Assembly: GCA_038916785.1 (NCBI GenBank)
Contig: JBCLBO010000010.1
Coordinates: forward strand, 2,933-66,932
Reading direction: 5' to 3'
Length of the DNA: 64,000 nucleotides
Source of the DNA: Candidatus Hydrogenedentales bacterium
GTDB taxonomy: Bacteria > Hydrogenedentota > Hydrogenedentia > Hydrogenedentales > GCA-2746185
Shown in pieces: positions 20,175-29,476 of the stretch. Made by a program: the position numbers and the translations under genes. The notes under the pieces are model-generated. The model searched no databases. It was not told where the DNA came from and was given only the letters and a program-made list of their open reading frames with translations. Each line of letters starts with the position of its first letter. Position 1 is the stretch's first letter.

Positions 20175-21092
20175 CTATTCCCAAATCCCTTCGGGGACGG
20201 GTTTGTCTTCGACGATTTCGATGAGGACTTGGTCGGGGCCGCGGATGAAGAAGCTTTTGTGGGCGAAGGCGGGCTGCTCGGCGATGGGGGCGAGGATCTC
20301 GACGCCGGCGTCTTTCATGCGATCGTAGACGGGCGCGATGCTACGGTAAGAAAACGCGATGTGATCGATCACGCGGCCGGCGGTGGGCTTTAAGGCGGTG
20401 AGCGGCGGATCGGTCCACCAGGGCGGCGCGGGGGCGTAATCGGGCTGGCCGTAGACGACGAAGGAGACGTTGTCGCTGCGAAAACTTCGGCTCCATGCGC
20501 GCACGGTGCTCATGTCGGCCGGTTTGGGCACGGCATCGCCGCGGGCTTCGAGGCCGAGGTTCGTCTGGTACCAGTCCGTCGTTGCGTTGATGTCCTTGGC
20601 GAGCAGGTGGACGTGGCCGAAGCGGTTGTGGCCCATGGTGTTGACTTCGATCATTTCGTCGTCCGGCCCGGAAAGGTACGTGACCCAGATTTGGTTGAGC
20701 GGATAGAGCGGCACGCGGATTCTCGCGCCGTTTTGCTTGAACCACTCGTATTCGCTGGGGACGTCGCGCCCGCCCCAGCCGATGTGCCAGAGGCCGGATT
20801 CGAGCGCGCTCGGCGCGGGCGCGGCGACGGTGTTCATGAGGATGAAGGAGCGCTCGGTGAAGAGCGCATCGGCGAGGCCGCGATACTTCACCGGAGTCGC
20901 GCCGTGCATTTTGGTGTAGTAGGCGATCGTGCGCGCGGGGTCGGTCACGTTGAGGTGGACGTGATGAAAATGCGCGGGTCCCTGGGCCGTGATCGAGAAG
21001 GAAGTCACGAGCACAGCGATGAAGGAGACGCGCGCTATCAACCGGCCCGCGCGCGGCACCGTTAGGCCTTGGGCATCGAGTAGTCTTGCCAC
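20175..21092 (-). CDS. VOC/glyoxalase-family protein (two modules), secreted
   Basis: Signal-like RLIARVSFIAVLVTSFSITAQG. HFHHVHLNVTD and HVHLLAKDI/IDHIAFSY-type VOC modules. An alternative GTG start at 21059 would remove the 31-nt overlap with the upstream gene. Confidence 0.65.
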   Translation of the reverse strand: MARLLDAQGLTVPRAGRLIARVSFIAVLVTSFSITAQGPAHFHHVHLNVTDPARTIAYYTKMHGATPVKYRGLADALFTERSFILMNTVAAPAPSALESGLWHIGWGGRDVPSEYEWFKQNGARIRVPLYPLNQIWVTYLSGPDDEMIEVNTMGHNRFGHVHLLAKDINATTDWYQTNLGLEARGDAVPKPADMSTVRAWSRSFRSDNVSFVVYGQPDYAPAPPWWTDPPLTALKPTAGRVIDHIAFSYRSIAPVYDRMKDAGVEILAPIAEQPAFAHKSFFIRGPDQVLIEIVEDKPVPEGIWE

Positions 21093-21529
21093 TCGACGAT
21101 CTTTCCGTCTCGCACGAAGAACAGGCCGGTGACGTGGAAGGCGTCCTCGCCGTCTTCGCGTGTGAAATAGTCGATGCGCTCGTTGATGACGAGATTCCCT
21201 ATTGCGGCGGTGCGCAGGACCTCGAAGTGCGCCTTCTTGCGCGCGGCGAGGTATTGCTTGGTACCCTCGGTCAGCGCGGCTTTTCCTTCAATGCGCGGCT
21301 GCCCTTCGATGATGCGGAAGGTGATTTTGTCGTCCCAGAATGCCGCGAGTTTTTCGGCGTCGAGGGAGTCCCACGCGGCGCAGAAGTCGTTGACTACTTT
21401 GATGTTCGCTTCTTCGTGCGCGTTGGATGCGGCGCTTGCGTCCGCGGCCATGGCGGACCCACCGCTCAGCGCCAATGCCGCTGCGCCCAGCCCGCTCAAT
21501 GCGATGAATTCCCGGCGAATCGTATCCAT
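21062..21529 (-). CDS. SnoaL/NTF2-like fold protein (limonene-1,2-epoxide-hydrolase-like) with Tat-type signal
   Basis: Start at ATG 21529 (MDTIRREFIALSGLGAAALALSGGSAMA). The mature ~125-aa domain has NTF2-like size and pattern (VVNDFCAAWD...FFVRDGKIVEWQDY). Confidence 0.6.
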   Translation of the reverse strand: MDTIRREFIALSGLGAAALALSGGSAMAADASAASNAHEEANIKVVNDFCAAWDSLDAEKLAAFWDDKITFRIIEGQPRIEGKAALTEGTKQYLAARKKAHFEVLRTAAIGNLVINERIDYFTREDGEDAFHVTGLFFVRDGKIVEWQDYSMPKA

Positions 21530-21776
21530 GCGATCTCCCTCGTCTGCGCGCTCCGCGCGAAAGCGTCCAGCATGGCGAACGGCGGCCGGCAAAGGCAAGC
21601 TCCCACCTTTTCTTTCATAAGAAAAGGTAGGCCAAAAGAAACGGTTGCCGCTTCGCGGGACCGCGGCAGCGAGCTGCCGCGGTCCACATGGCGTTTAGCG
21701 GGGGTTGGTTCGGGTGGTGTGCGTTTTTTGTAGGCGTGGGCTGAAGGCGGATTTTGGCATGGGGAAGCTCAAGAAG

Positions 21777-21812
21777 GGACCAAAAGGACCAAAGAGACCG
21801 AAGCGACCGAAG
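21777..21812. repeat. Four tandem copies of a degenerate 9-mer (GGACCAAAA/GGACCAAAG/AGACCGAAG/CGACCGAAG)
   Basis: Read directly at 21777-21812 in the 378-bp spacer between two minus-strand genes. Confidence 0.8.
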
Positions 21813-21907
21813 GGTGGGAAACGGCGGAAAGGGTGATGAGGGGTTGGAGATTCAGAAACTTCGCGGTGGGGCCTGCGTAGTGTGACGGCGAATTGCGGGT
21901 GACCGGA

Positions 21908-22288
21908 TCAGTGCCCATCGGATTCGAGGTGAGGAAACTGACGCTGGTCTTCGATGCGTGCGGCGATGTCCGTGCGTTCTTGGCGGGCGTAGCGGCGGCG
22001 GGTCTGCATCCTTTCGATTTCGCGCTCGAGGATGATGTCCGCGAGTACTCGATCCGGTTGCTCGTGCGGCGGACGTCGCACGGCTTCGGCGAACTTCTCC
22101 TCCGGGACGTCGAGCGTGTACATGCAACTGATCAGGCGGTCGAAGTCGTGGCGCAGCAGAAAATCCACTCGGCGCCGGAGTTCCTCGAGTAGCGCCTCGC
22201 GCCCGGGCCGGCCCGATCCGAGGGGCCCGACGCCCCATTGCTGCACGAGCGCGCGGTGAAGGTCTTCCCAATTGCAGGGTTCGTCCAT
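21908..22288 (-). CDS. Conserved-looking hypothetical protein
   Basis: 126-aa ORF with normal amino-acid composition ([27 protein letters not shown]), divergent from the MIOX gene. Overlapping ORFs are Arg/Pro-rich. Confidence 0.5.
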   Translation of the reverse strand: MDEPCNWEDLHRALVQQWGVGPLGSGRPGREALLEELRRRVDFLLRHDFDRLISCMYTLDVPEEKFAEAVRRPPHEQPDRVLADIILEREIERMQTRRRYARQERTDIAARIEDQRQFPHLESDGH

Positions 22289-22391
22289 GCGATCATTAGG
22301 CCAGAGCTCGGTGGGCCCTTCAATCCGGCGCGTGTTTTCGCCACGGAATTACGCTATAATTGAACAGATTCTCACAAACCGGAGTCATCTA

Positions 22392-23264
22392 ATGTCCGAT
22401 GTCAAGAAGTCCGCAGGCCCGTTGCAATCTCTCGACGAATGGGAAGAGTTCGTCGTGGAGCGCTACCCCGAAGAGGGCGTGACCGCGGAGAAGTTCGACA
22501 AGGACTTCCGGAACTACGACAACCCGGCACGGGCGGGCGTGCGCGAGTTTTACCGGCAGAACCACGAGCACCAGACGCTGGAGTTCGCACGCGCGAAGAA
22601 GTCCGAATACGGCAAGCGGGACTATCGCGAGATGGGCGTGTGGGAGGCCTGCGAATATCTCAATACGCTGGTGGACGACAGCGACCCCGACACCGACCTC
22701 ACGCAGATTCAACACCTGCTGCAAACGTCGGAGGCGATTCGCGCGGACGGCCATCCGCGTTGGTTCGTGCTGACCGGGCTCATTCACGACTTGGGCAAGA
22801 CGCTGTGCCTGCGCGGCGAGCCGCAGTGGGCGGTGGTCGGCGATACGTTTCCGCTCGGCTGCAAATTCTCCGGCAAGGTGGTCTATCCTGAATTCTTCGG
22901 GCTCAATCCGGACTCGAAGGACCCGGACTTGATGACTGAGTGCGGCATCTACGAGGAAGGCTGCGGGCTCGACGCGGTGACGATGTCGTGGGGCCACGAC
23001 GAATACATGTACCTGATCGCGAAGGACCACCTGCCGGAGTCCGCGCTGTACATGATCCGGTACCACAGCTTTTATGCCGCGCACCGCGAGGGCGAGTATC
23101 AGCACCTCATGAACGATCACGATCGCGAGATGTTCACGTGGGTGAAGGCGTTTAACCCCTACGACCTATACTCGAAGGCCGATCAGCCGCCCAACATCGC
23201 CGGGCTTAAGCCGTATTACGAAGACCTCATCGCCGAGTTTTTTCCCGAGAAGGTGCGCTGGTAG
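22392..23264 (+). CDS. myo-Inositol oxygenase (MIOX, HD-domain di-iron family)
   Basis: ATG 22392. Family-typical stretches [67 protein letters not shown]; C-terminal W. Confidence 0.85.
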   Translation: MSDVKKSAGPLQSLDEWEEFVVERYPEEGVTAEKFDKDFRNYDNPARAGVREFYRQNHEHQTLEFARAKKSEYGKRDYREMGVWEACEYLNTLVDDSDPDTDLTQIQHLLQTSEAIRADGHPRWFVLTGLIHDLGKTLCLRGEPQWAVVGDTFPLGCKFSGKVVYPEFFGLNPDSKDPDLMTECGIYEEGCGLDAVTMSWGHDEYMYLIAKDHLPESALYMIRYHSFYAAHREGEYQHLMNDHDREMFTWVKAFNPYDLYSKADQPPNIAGLKPYYEDLIAEFFPEKVRW

Positions 23265-23340
23265 CCGATACCAAAATGGGGATCGCCCCACGCGCGACTC
23301 GTAGAGGGCGGGCCTTCGGGCGAATGCTACACTCCTCTCC

Positions 23341-24357
23341 ATGAAATCCTTTGGCCTCGACGAAATCCAGGACCTCGTGATCGCCGGTGTCGGCCCGCCG
23401 GCGCTGGTGGCGCTGCTCGAGGCCAAGCGCGCGGGACTCTCCGCCGTCGGCATCGACAAAGGGCCGGTGTGTAGCGCACTGGTCAAGCACCCGACCTACA
23501 TGAAATGGTTCTCGACCTCGGACAGGCTCGAGCTGGCCGGTTTTCCGCTGCTCACCGAAGAGAAGAGCCCGACGAAGCGCGAGTATCTGAAATACTGCCG
23601 CGCGTTCCTCCGCTACCACGATCTGAAGGTCAACACGTATCGCGCGGTGACCGCGATCCACCGCGAGGGGGACCGGTTCCGCGTGGACGCGCAGGACGAC
23701 TTCGGCCGCGCCTACGCGTGGCGCGCGCGGAACGTCATCGTCGGCACGGGTTTCTACGACAACCCCCGGCCGATCCACGTCCCCGGCGAACACCTCGCTC
23801 ACGTCACGCACCATTTCTCTGAGCCGCACATGTATGCCTTTCATGATGTAGTCGTGATCGGCGGCGGTAGTTCCGCGGCCGAGGCCGCGCTCGAACTCTG
23901 GCGCGAGGGCGCGCGCGTCACGGTCGTCATGCGCGACGAACGATTTCGCACGAAATTCTGGGTCGAACCGGACATCGAGAACCGGATTAAGGAAGGCTCG
24001 ATCGCGTGCTTCCGGCACTCGCGCGTGATTGAGATTTCGCCGGACGCGGTGACCATCATCGATCGCGAAGGCGAGATCGATCGCATCGCTGCGGATTTTG
24101 TGCTCGCGATGACCGGCTACGAGCCGGACACCTCGATGCTCAAGGCGGCGGGCGCGCACGTGGATCCGAACACGAACAAGCCGCTGCTGAACGACCACCT
24201 CGAAACCAACGTGCCCGGCCTCTACGTATTGGGCACGCTCATCGCGGGAGTCGAGTCAAACGTCGTGTTCATCGAGAACAGCCGCGACCACGGCGCGCGG
24301 ATTGTGCGGCACCTTCTCGAGCGGCGTGGGGTTTCACCGCATGTCCCGGCCAAGTAA
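23341..24357 (+). CDS. YpdA-like FAD/NAD(P)-dependent disulfide oxidoreductase family protein
   Basis: Two dinucleotide-binding motifs (DLVIAGVGPPAL; DVVVIGGGSSAAEAALEL). Overall thioredoxin-reductase-like length and C-terminal GLYVLGTLIAG. Confidence 0.7.
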   Translation: MKSFGLDEIQDLVIAGVGPPALVALLEAKRAGLSAVGIDKGPVCSALVKHPTYMKWFSTSDRLELAGFPLLTEEKSPTKREYLKYCRAFLRYHDLKVNTYRAVTAIHREGDRFRVDAQDDFGRAYAWRARNVIVGTGFYDNPRPIHVPGEHLAHVTHHFSEPHMYAFHDVVVIGGGSSAAEAALELWREGARVTVVMRDERFRTKFWVEPDIENRIKEGSIACFRHSRVIEISPDAVTIIDREGEIDRIAADFVLAMTGYEPDTSMLKAAGAHVDPNTNKPLLNDHLETNVPGLYVLGTLIAGVESNVVFIENSRDHGARIVRHLLERRGVSPHVPAK

Positions 24358-24493
24358 AGGGGCCGCTCAGTGGATCGCCGGTATCGCGAATACGTCAGCC
24401 CGAAGAACTGGCGCGCTTGGGTCGAGCCGGTGCGCATGTGCATCCAAAGGGTGTAGTCAGTCCCGCAGCCGCGGAAAAATCGGGAGACCCCAA

Positions 24494-25135
24494 ATGAAAA
24501 AGCTCTGTGTGCTCGTTCTCTTCACGGGCGTCGTCATGCTGAACGTGATCGGCGTGGCGGACGAGGCGCCCGCCGCTGTGCCCGGACCGCCGCCGCAAGG
24601 GATGACGCAGCCGGCGTATGACGATCAGGGCCGGCTCATCCGCCCCGAGGGCTATCGGAACTGGGTGTTCGTGGGCTCCTCGCTGGGCCTCGATTACTCC
24701 CAGCCGATCGAGGGCCAGTATTCGGCCGGCGTATTCCACCATGTGTACATGCAGCCGGAGGCGGTGAAGCACTATCAGGAGACCGGCAATTTTCCGGATA
24801 AGACCATGTTGGTCATGGAAAATTACACCGCCGGCACCAAGGACGAGAACACCGCGAAAGAATTGACGAAGGGCAAAGAGGAATTCGAAAATCTCAACGG
24901 CCACTTCTCCGACGCGCGCGTCGGCGTTGAGGCCGCGGTGAAGGACAGCGCGAAGGGGCCGGACTCGTGGTCTTACTACGCGTTCGGTTTGCGCACCGGA
25001 CTGCTGCCGGCGGCCAAGGCCTTCCCGAAGAAATCCTGCTGGGACTGCCACGACAAACACGCCGCCGTGGACAATGTCTTCGTGCAGTTTTATCCGATAC
25101 TCCGCGAAGCGCGCGCCGAGACAAAGCCGGAATAG
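24494..25135 (+). CDS. Cytochrome P460 family protein
   Basis: ATG 24494 with signal peptide MKKLCVLVLFTGVVMLNVIGVA. GYRNWVFVGSSLGLDY and FHHVYMQPEAV stretches. C-terminal CWDCH heme attachment motif. Confidence 0.7.
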   Translation: MKKLCVLVLFTGVVMLNVIGVADEAPAAVPGPPPQGMTQPAYDDQGRLIRPEGYRNWVFVGSSLGLDYSQPIEGQYSAGVFHHVYMQPEAVKHYQETGNFPDKTMLVMENYTAGTKDENTAKELTKGKEEFENLNGHFSDARVGVEAAVKDSAKGPDSWSYYAFGLRTGLLPAAKAFPKKSCWDCHDKHAAVDNVFVQFYPILREARAETKPE

Positions 25136-25154
25136 CACAATTTCGATGACGTCG

Positions 25155-25226
25155 GGGAGGGTCGCGCTCCTGCGCGACCGAAGTATCGTGGCGCGTACAA
25201 CGGTCGCGCAGGAGCGCGACCCTCCC
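25155..25226. repeat. REP-A palindromic element, copy 1 (26-bp perfect arms, 20-nt loop)
   Basis: GGGAGGGTCGCGCTCCTGCGCGACCG (25155-25180) and its exact reverse complement (25201-25226); 20 nt after the P460 stop. Confidence 0.9.
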
Positions 25227-25237
25227 GATGAGGCGTC

Positions 25238-25966
25238 TTGCGAACCTGGCACCTGATTGAAGGCGAGGCTGGGTGCGCCTATGCGCGCGAACGCGGCTGC
25301 GCCGCCGTAATCGTCGATGCCCTGCGCGCGAGCGCGACCGCCGCTGCCGTACTTGATGCTGGCGCCACCGAAATCCTCGTCGTCGGCGAAGTGGAGGACG
25401 CTCTCCGCGCTCGCCGCGAATTCTGGACCGGCGCCCTGCTCTTCGGCGAACGCGGCGGCCTGCCGCCAGAAGGTTTCGATTTCGGCAACAGCCCCCGCGA
25501 CGCGCACCACGCCCGCGGCCGCCGCGTGATCTTCACCACGTCGAACGGCTCCGCGCGCCTGCTCCAAGCCTGGGGCGCGCCGTCCATTCACTTCGGCACG
25601 ACGACCAACGCGCTCGCGGTCGTCGAACTTCTCTCGAATCAACCGCACGACGTCGTGCTCATCCCCGCGGGCAAAGTGGGCCATCCCGGCTACGACGCGC
25701 TAGAAGATTGGGTGGCGGCGGCCGCCATCGCCATGCTCGCCGACGCGCCCATCGGCGAAGGCGCGCTTTTCTACCGCGACACCCGCCAGATGATCGAGCT
25801 CGACGGTGTCCTCAACCTCTTCCAGTCCGCCCCCCACGCCAGCGAACTCCGCAAGGTCGGCCTCGCCGCCGACATCGCCGTCTGCGCCCAGATGAACACC
25901 GCGCGCGCCGTGCCTACGGCGACAGAAAAAACATCAGACGGCCTCGTACTCCGTCGCGCCAGCTGA
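25238..25966 (+). CDS. comB: 2-phosphosulfolactate phosphatase (ComB) family protein
   Basis: TTG start. Family-like N-terminal AAVIVDALRASATAAAVLDAGATEILVV and TTSNGS motif. Confidence 0.6.
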   Translation: MRTWHLIEGEAGCAYARERGCAAVIVDALRASATAAAVLDAGATEILVVGEVEDALRARREFWTGALLFGERGGLPPEGFDFGNSPRDAHHARGRRVIFTTSNGSARLLQAWGAPSIHFGTTTNALAVVELLSNQPHDVVLIPAGKVGHPGYDALEDWVAAAAIAMLADAPIGEGALFYRDTRQMIELDGVLNLFQSAPHASELRKVGLAADIAVCAQMNTARAVPTATEKTSDGLVLRRAS

Positions 25967-25982
25967 AAGCAGCGCCGCAACC

Positions 25983-26888
25983 CTAAGCGCCGTGAGCGCG
26001 CAGGTATTCGGCCACTTCGTCCAACGCCGCCGGGGTCACGCCGGGAATCGTGAGTTTGATCATCTGCAGGAAGTGCTCAATCTCGTTGGGCCGGGCCGGA
26101 AAACCGACGTTGCCCTCCGGACTGTCGGAAGTCGTCAGTGGCGTGCCCTGGGCGTCGGTAAACGCGAACCAAGGAACGCCGCCTTCGCGCGACCCGAGAG
26201 AACTCCGCAGCTTCGATCCCTTCGCCATTCGCGCCTCGTCGATCTTCACAAAAACGAAGCGGGGCGCCAGCACCCTAGCCGCGAGTTCGGTCTTCAGGAA
26301 CGCATCCAGGCGCTTGCACCAGCCGCAGGTGGGCGTCGAGAATCGGACGAATACCAGTTTCTCATCCGCAGCCGCCGCGCGCTTTGCCGCGCTGAAGACT
26401 TTGTTCGCGTTGACTTGCGCCGGTTTCCAATCGTTGAGGAAGGCCAACACCTTCGCGGGAACGTGATGGTCGCCTTCCGTGAGTGTGCCGGTCTCTTGGT
26501 CAGTCAGCTTCTTTCCATCCGCGTCGAGAATCGTTAGGTACGGAACGCCTTCAAACCGTGTGCCCAACGACCTCGCGAGCGCCTCGTTCTTGTTCGAGTC
26601 CACCATGACGACTTCGTATTCGGACGCCAGCGCCTGGGCGATATCTGCGTCGTTCTGAAAGAGGTCGTGCAGCTTGTAGCACCAGCCGCACCAGTTGCCG
26701 CCCCACTGAATCAATACGCGCTTGTTGTCGGCGCTGGCGCGCTGGAGCGCCTCATCAATCAGGGTTCTGGCGTCAGCCGACTCATCGTAGATAGGGGTTC
26801 GTTCAGTGTTAGCCGCCGTGCACGCCCCCGTCAAGACTAGTGCGCCCAACATTGTTCCGGCGGAAATGAGATGTCCCAACGCACGCAT
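25983..26888 (-). CDS. Secreted double thioredoxin-like (DUF255/thioredoxin-fold) protein
   Basis: N-terminal signal. Two CxxC thioredoxin-type motifs, WGGNWCGWCYKL and STPTCGWCKRL, in two ~130-aa halves. Confidence 0.75.
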   Translation of the reverse strand: MRALGHLISAGTMLGALVLTGACTAANTERTPIYDESADARTLIDEALQRASADNKRVLIQWGGNWCGWCYKLHDLFQNDADIAQALASEYEVVMVDSNKNEALARSLGTRFEGVPYLTILDADGKKLTDQETGTLTEGDHHVPAKVLAFLNDWKPAQVNANKVFSAAKRAAAADEKLVFVRFSTPTCGWCKRLDAFLKTELAARVLAPRFVFVKIDEARMAKGSKLRSSLGSREGGVPWFAFTDAQGTPLTTSDSPEGNVGFPARPNEIEHFLQMIKLTIPGVTPAALDEVAEYLRAHGA

Positions 26889-27089
26889 GACATGTCCTCC
26901 TTTGGGTTGGCGTCAACCCTCGATACATAGCCATCCAAACCAACCCAACTTTAGTGTATACCTTTTTCGCGACAGAAGAGGGTGCCAAAAACTCGCCTCC
27001 AGACACTTTGCCCACATTTGAGTTCTCCGTTTCGCCGCGCTCCGCCTAAGCGATTGAGCTCGCAGCAGTAACATCGTTCGAGAACACTC

Positions 27090-27118
27090 TTGCCATATCT
27101 CCCCAACCGTCCTATACT
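27090..27118 (+). promoter_or_regulatory. Sigma70-type promoter candidate for the EF-G paralog
   Basis: TTGCCA (27090-27095), 17-nt spacer, TATACT (27113-27118), ~135 nt upstream of the ATG at 27257. Confidence 0.5.
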
Positions 27119-27256
27119 GTTCGATGAAGCTGTGGGAAGAGGCGCCTGGCGCGGGCCTTGTCCACTGCGGCCGAGGATTGGATGCGCCGGGCATGAGGAG
27201 AGATCGGATGGTGTAACGCCGCGCCGCGTTGGCGCCGCGCACAGGAGGACTGCCCA

Positions 27257-29290
27257 ATGGCTACCGACTATGCGAAAGTACGCAACGTGGGAATTGTAGG
27301 TCACGGGGGGACCGGTAAGACTACGCTGATCGAGCACCTGCTGCACGCCACAGGAAAAACCCCCCGCCTGGGCACCATCGAGCAGGGCAACACGGTGGGA
27401 GACTACCTCCCGGAAGAAATCAGCCACAAGCACACGACTACGCTCAAACTCATGCACGTCGAATGGCGCGGCGCGCGTGTGCATCTCGTGGACCATCCCG
27501 GCTATCTCGATTTCATCGGTGAACTCGCGTCGTCCGCGCCGATACTCGACGGCATGGCTATTCTTATCGACGCGACCTCCGGCCCGCGCGCCGGCTCTGA
27601 TGTCGCGATGCAGTACGCGGCGAAGTACGGCATCCCGCGGATCATCTTCTTGAATAAACTCGACGCCGAGAACCTGGACTACGACGCGATCATCGCGCGG
27701 ATCCAGGAAGCCTACGGAAAAATCTGCGTGCCGCTCGACGTGCCCAACGCGACCGGCAGCGCATTCAAGGAGGTCGCCTCGGTGCTCAACGGCGCACCCG
27801 GCGCGCTGCAAGAAAAAATCGCGGCCATCCGCACCGGGATGATGGACGCCGTCGCCGAATCCGACGACGAACTGCTGGAGAGGTATCTTGAGACCGGCGA
27901 ACTCTCACACGAAGACTTCGAGCGCGGCCTGCGCGCCGGCATAAAAAAAGGGACCATCGTGCCCATCATCGCGGGCAGCGCCGCAAAGGGCCTCGGGCTC
28001 AATGAACTGCTGGATGCTATCGTCGCGGAGTTCCCCTCGCCGCTCGAACGCCGCGTCGTCGCGCGCAACGGCGGGCCGGACCCGATCGAGGTGCCCGTTT
28101 CCCCCTCCGCGCCCTTCCTGGGCCAGGTTTTCCGTTCGGTCGTCGATCCGCATGCGGGGCACTTGACGATGTTCCGCGTGCTCTCGGGGACGCTGAAGTC
28201 GGAATCCGAGTTTTTCAACGTGACCACCGGCGTGAAGGAGCGCACGGGCAAGATATTTTTGCTCAACGGCAAGACCCAGGAGATCGTGGACGAAGTGGGG
28301 CCGGGGGATCTCGCCGCGATGACCAAGCTCAAGCACACGCACTTTGGCGACACGATCGCCGCGATCGGCGTCGAGTGGAAATTGCCGAAGATCGAGCTGC
28401 CGGAGTCTCTGGTCAAGCGCGCGATCGTCGCGAAATCCCGGGCGGATGACGACAAGCTCGGCGAGGCGCTGAACCGGCTCGCCGAGGAAGACCCGACGTT
28501 TCATCATCACCGCGACCCCGCCACGCGCGAGCACGTCATCCTCGGCATGGGCGAGATGCAGATCGAAATCCTCGTTGAGCGGATGCGCAACAAATTCCAC
28601 GTCAGCGCGGAAACGCGCCTGCCGAAAGTGGCGTACAAGGAGACGGTGAAGGGCACGGTGGAAGTGCGCGGCAGACATAAGAAACAGTCCGGCGGCCACG
28701 GCCAATACGGCGACGCCCACATCCGCATCGCGCCGAACGTGCGCGGCGGCGGCTACAAATTCGTCGATAGCGTCGTCGGCGGCTCCGTCCCGCGGCAGTA
28801 CATCCCCGCGGTGGACAAGGGTTGCGTCGAGTCCCTCGACCGCGGCGTGCTCGCGGGCTATCCCGTGGTCGATATCATCGTCGAACTTTTCGACGGCTCG
28901 TACCACGACGTCGACTCCTCCGAAATGGCCTTCAAGGTCGCCGCGCACCACGCGATCCATGAGGGCGTGCTGAAGGCGCAGCCCTGCCTGATCGAGCCCG
29001 TCATCGAACTCGCGGTGACTGCGCCGATCGAGTTCATGGGCGACATCACCGGAAACCTCAGCGCCCGCCGCGGCCGCATCCTCGGCATGGACTCCGACGG
29101 CGGCCACAAAGAGACCATTCGCGCCGCCGTGCCCGAGGCTGAAATCCTGCGTTACTCCACCGATCTGCGCAGCATGACCCAAGGCCTGGGCACCTACACG
29201 CTAAAATTCAGCCACTACGAAGAGGTCCCCGATCACATCGCCCAGCCGCTCATCGCCGCCTTCCAACGCGCGCGCGCAGTGGGCGAATGA
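27257..29290 (+). CDS. Elongation factor G paralog (EF-G2-like translational GTPase)
   Basis: G1 motif GHGGTGKTT, DHPGYLDF (G3), NKLD (G4); full five-domain length (677 aa). Confidence 0.9.
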   Translation: MATDYAKVRNVGIVGHGGTGKTTLIEHLLHATGKTPRLGTIEQGNTVGDYLPEEISHKHTTTLKLMHVEWRGARVHLVDHPGYLDFIGELASSAPILDGMAILIDATSGPRAGSDVAMQYAAKYGIPRIIFLNKLDAENLDYDAIIARIQEAYGKICVPLDVPNATGSAFKEVASVLNGAPGALQEKIAAIRTGMMDAVAESDDELLERYLETGELSHEDFERGLRAGIKKGTIVPIIAGSAAKGLGLNELLDAIVAEFPSPLERRVVARNGGPDPIEVPVSPSAPFLGQVFRSVVDPHAGHLTMFRVLSGTLKSESEFFNVTTGVKERTGKIFLLNGKTQEIVDEVGPGDLAAMTKLKHTHFGDTIAAIGVEWKLPKIELPESLVKRAIVAKSRADDDKLGEALNRLAEEDPTFHHHRDPATREHVILGMGEMQIEILVERMRNKFHVSAETRLPKVAYKETVKGTVEVRGRHKKQSGGHGQYGDAHIRIAPNVRGGGYKFVDSVVGGSVPRQYIPAVDKGCVESLDRGVLAGYPVVDIIVELFDGSYHDVDSSEMAFKVAAHHAIHEGVLKAQPCLIEPVIELAVTAPIEFMGDITGNLSARRGRILGMDSDGGHKETIRAAVPEAEILRYSTDLRSMTQGLGTYTLKFSHYEEVPDHIAQPLIAAFQRARAVGE

Positions 29291-29328
29291 TCGAACCGCG
29301 AGCGGCGAACCCGCCAGTCTCTGTGCCA

Positions 29329-29360
29329 CCCCTAAGCTCGGCTTAGGGGTGTTCTTTATT
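29329..29360 (+). terminator. Rho-independent terminator
   Basis: CCCCTAAGC, TCG loop, GCTTAGGGG (29329-29349), followed by TGTTCTTTATT. Confidence 0.8.
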
Positions 29361-29476
29361 ACGCGCCTCCGTTCCATACGTCGTAGCTGAGCTCATCTGC
29401 GCCCTGCTGCCGCGATGCACGCGCAGCATCCAGCGAATTACACGAACAGCGCCATTTCCGAGTACGATTACACCCC

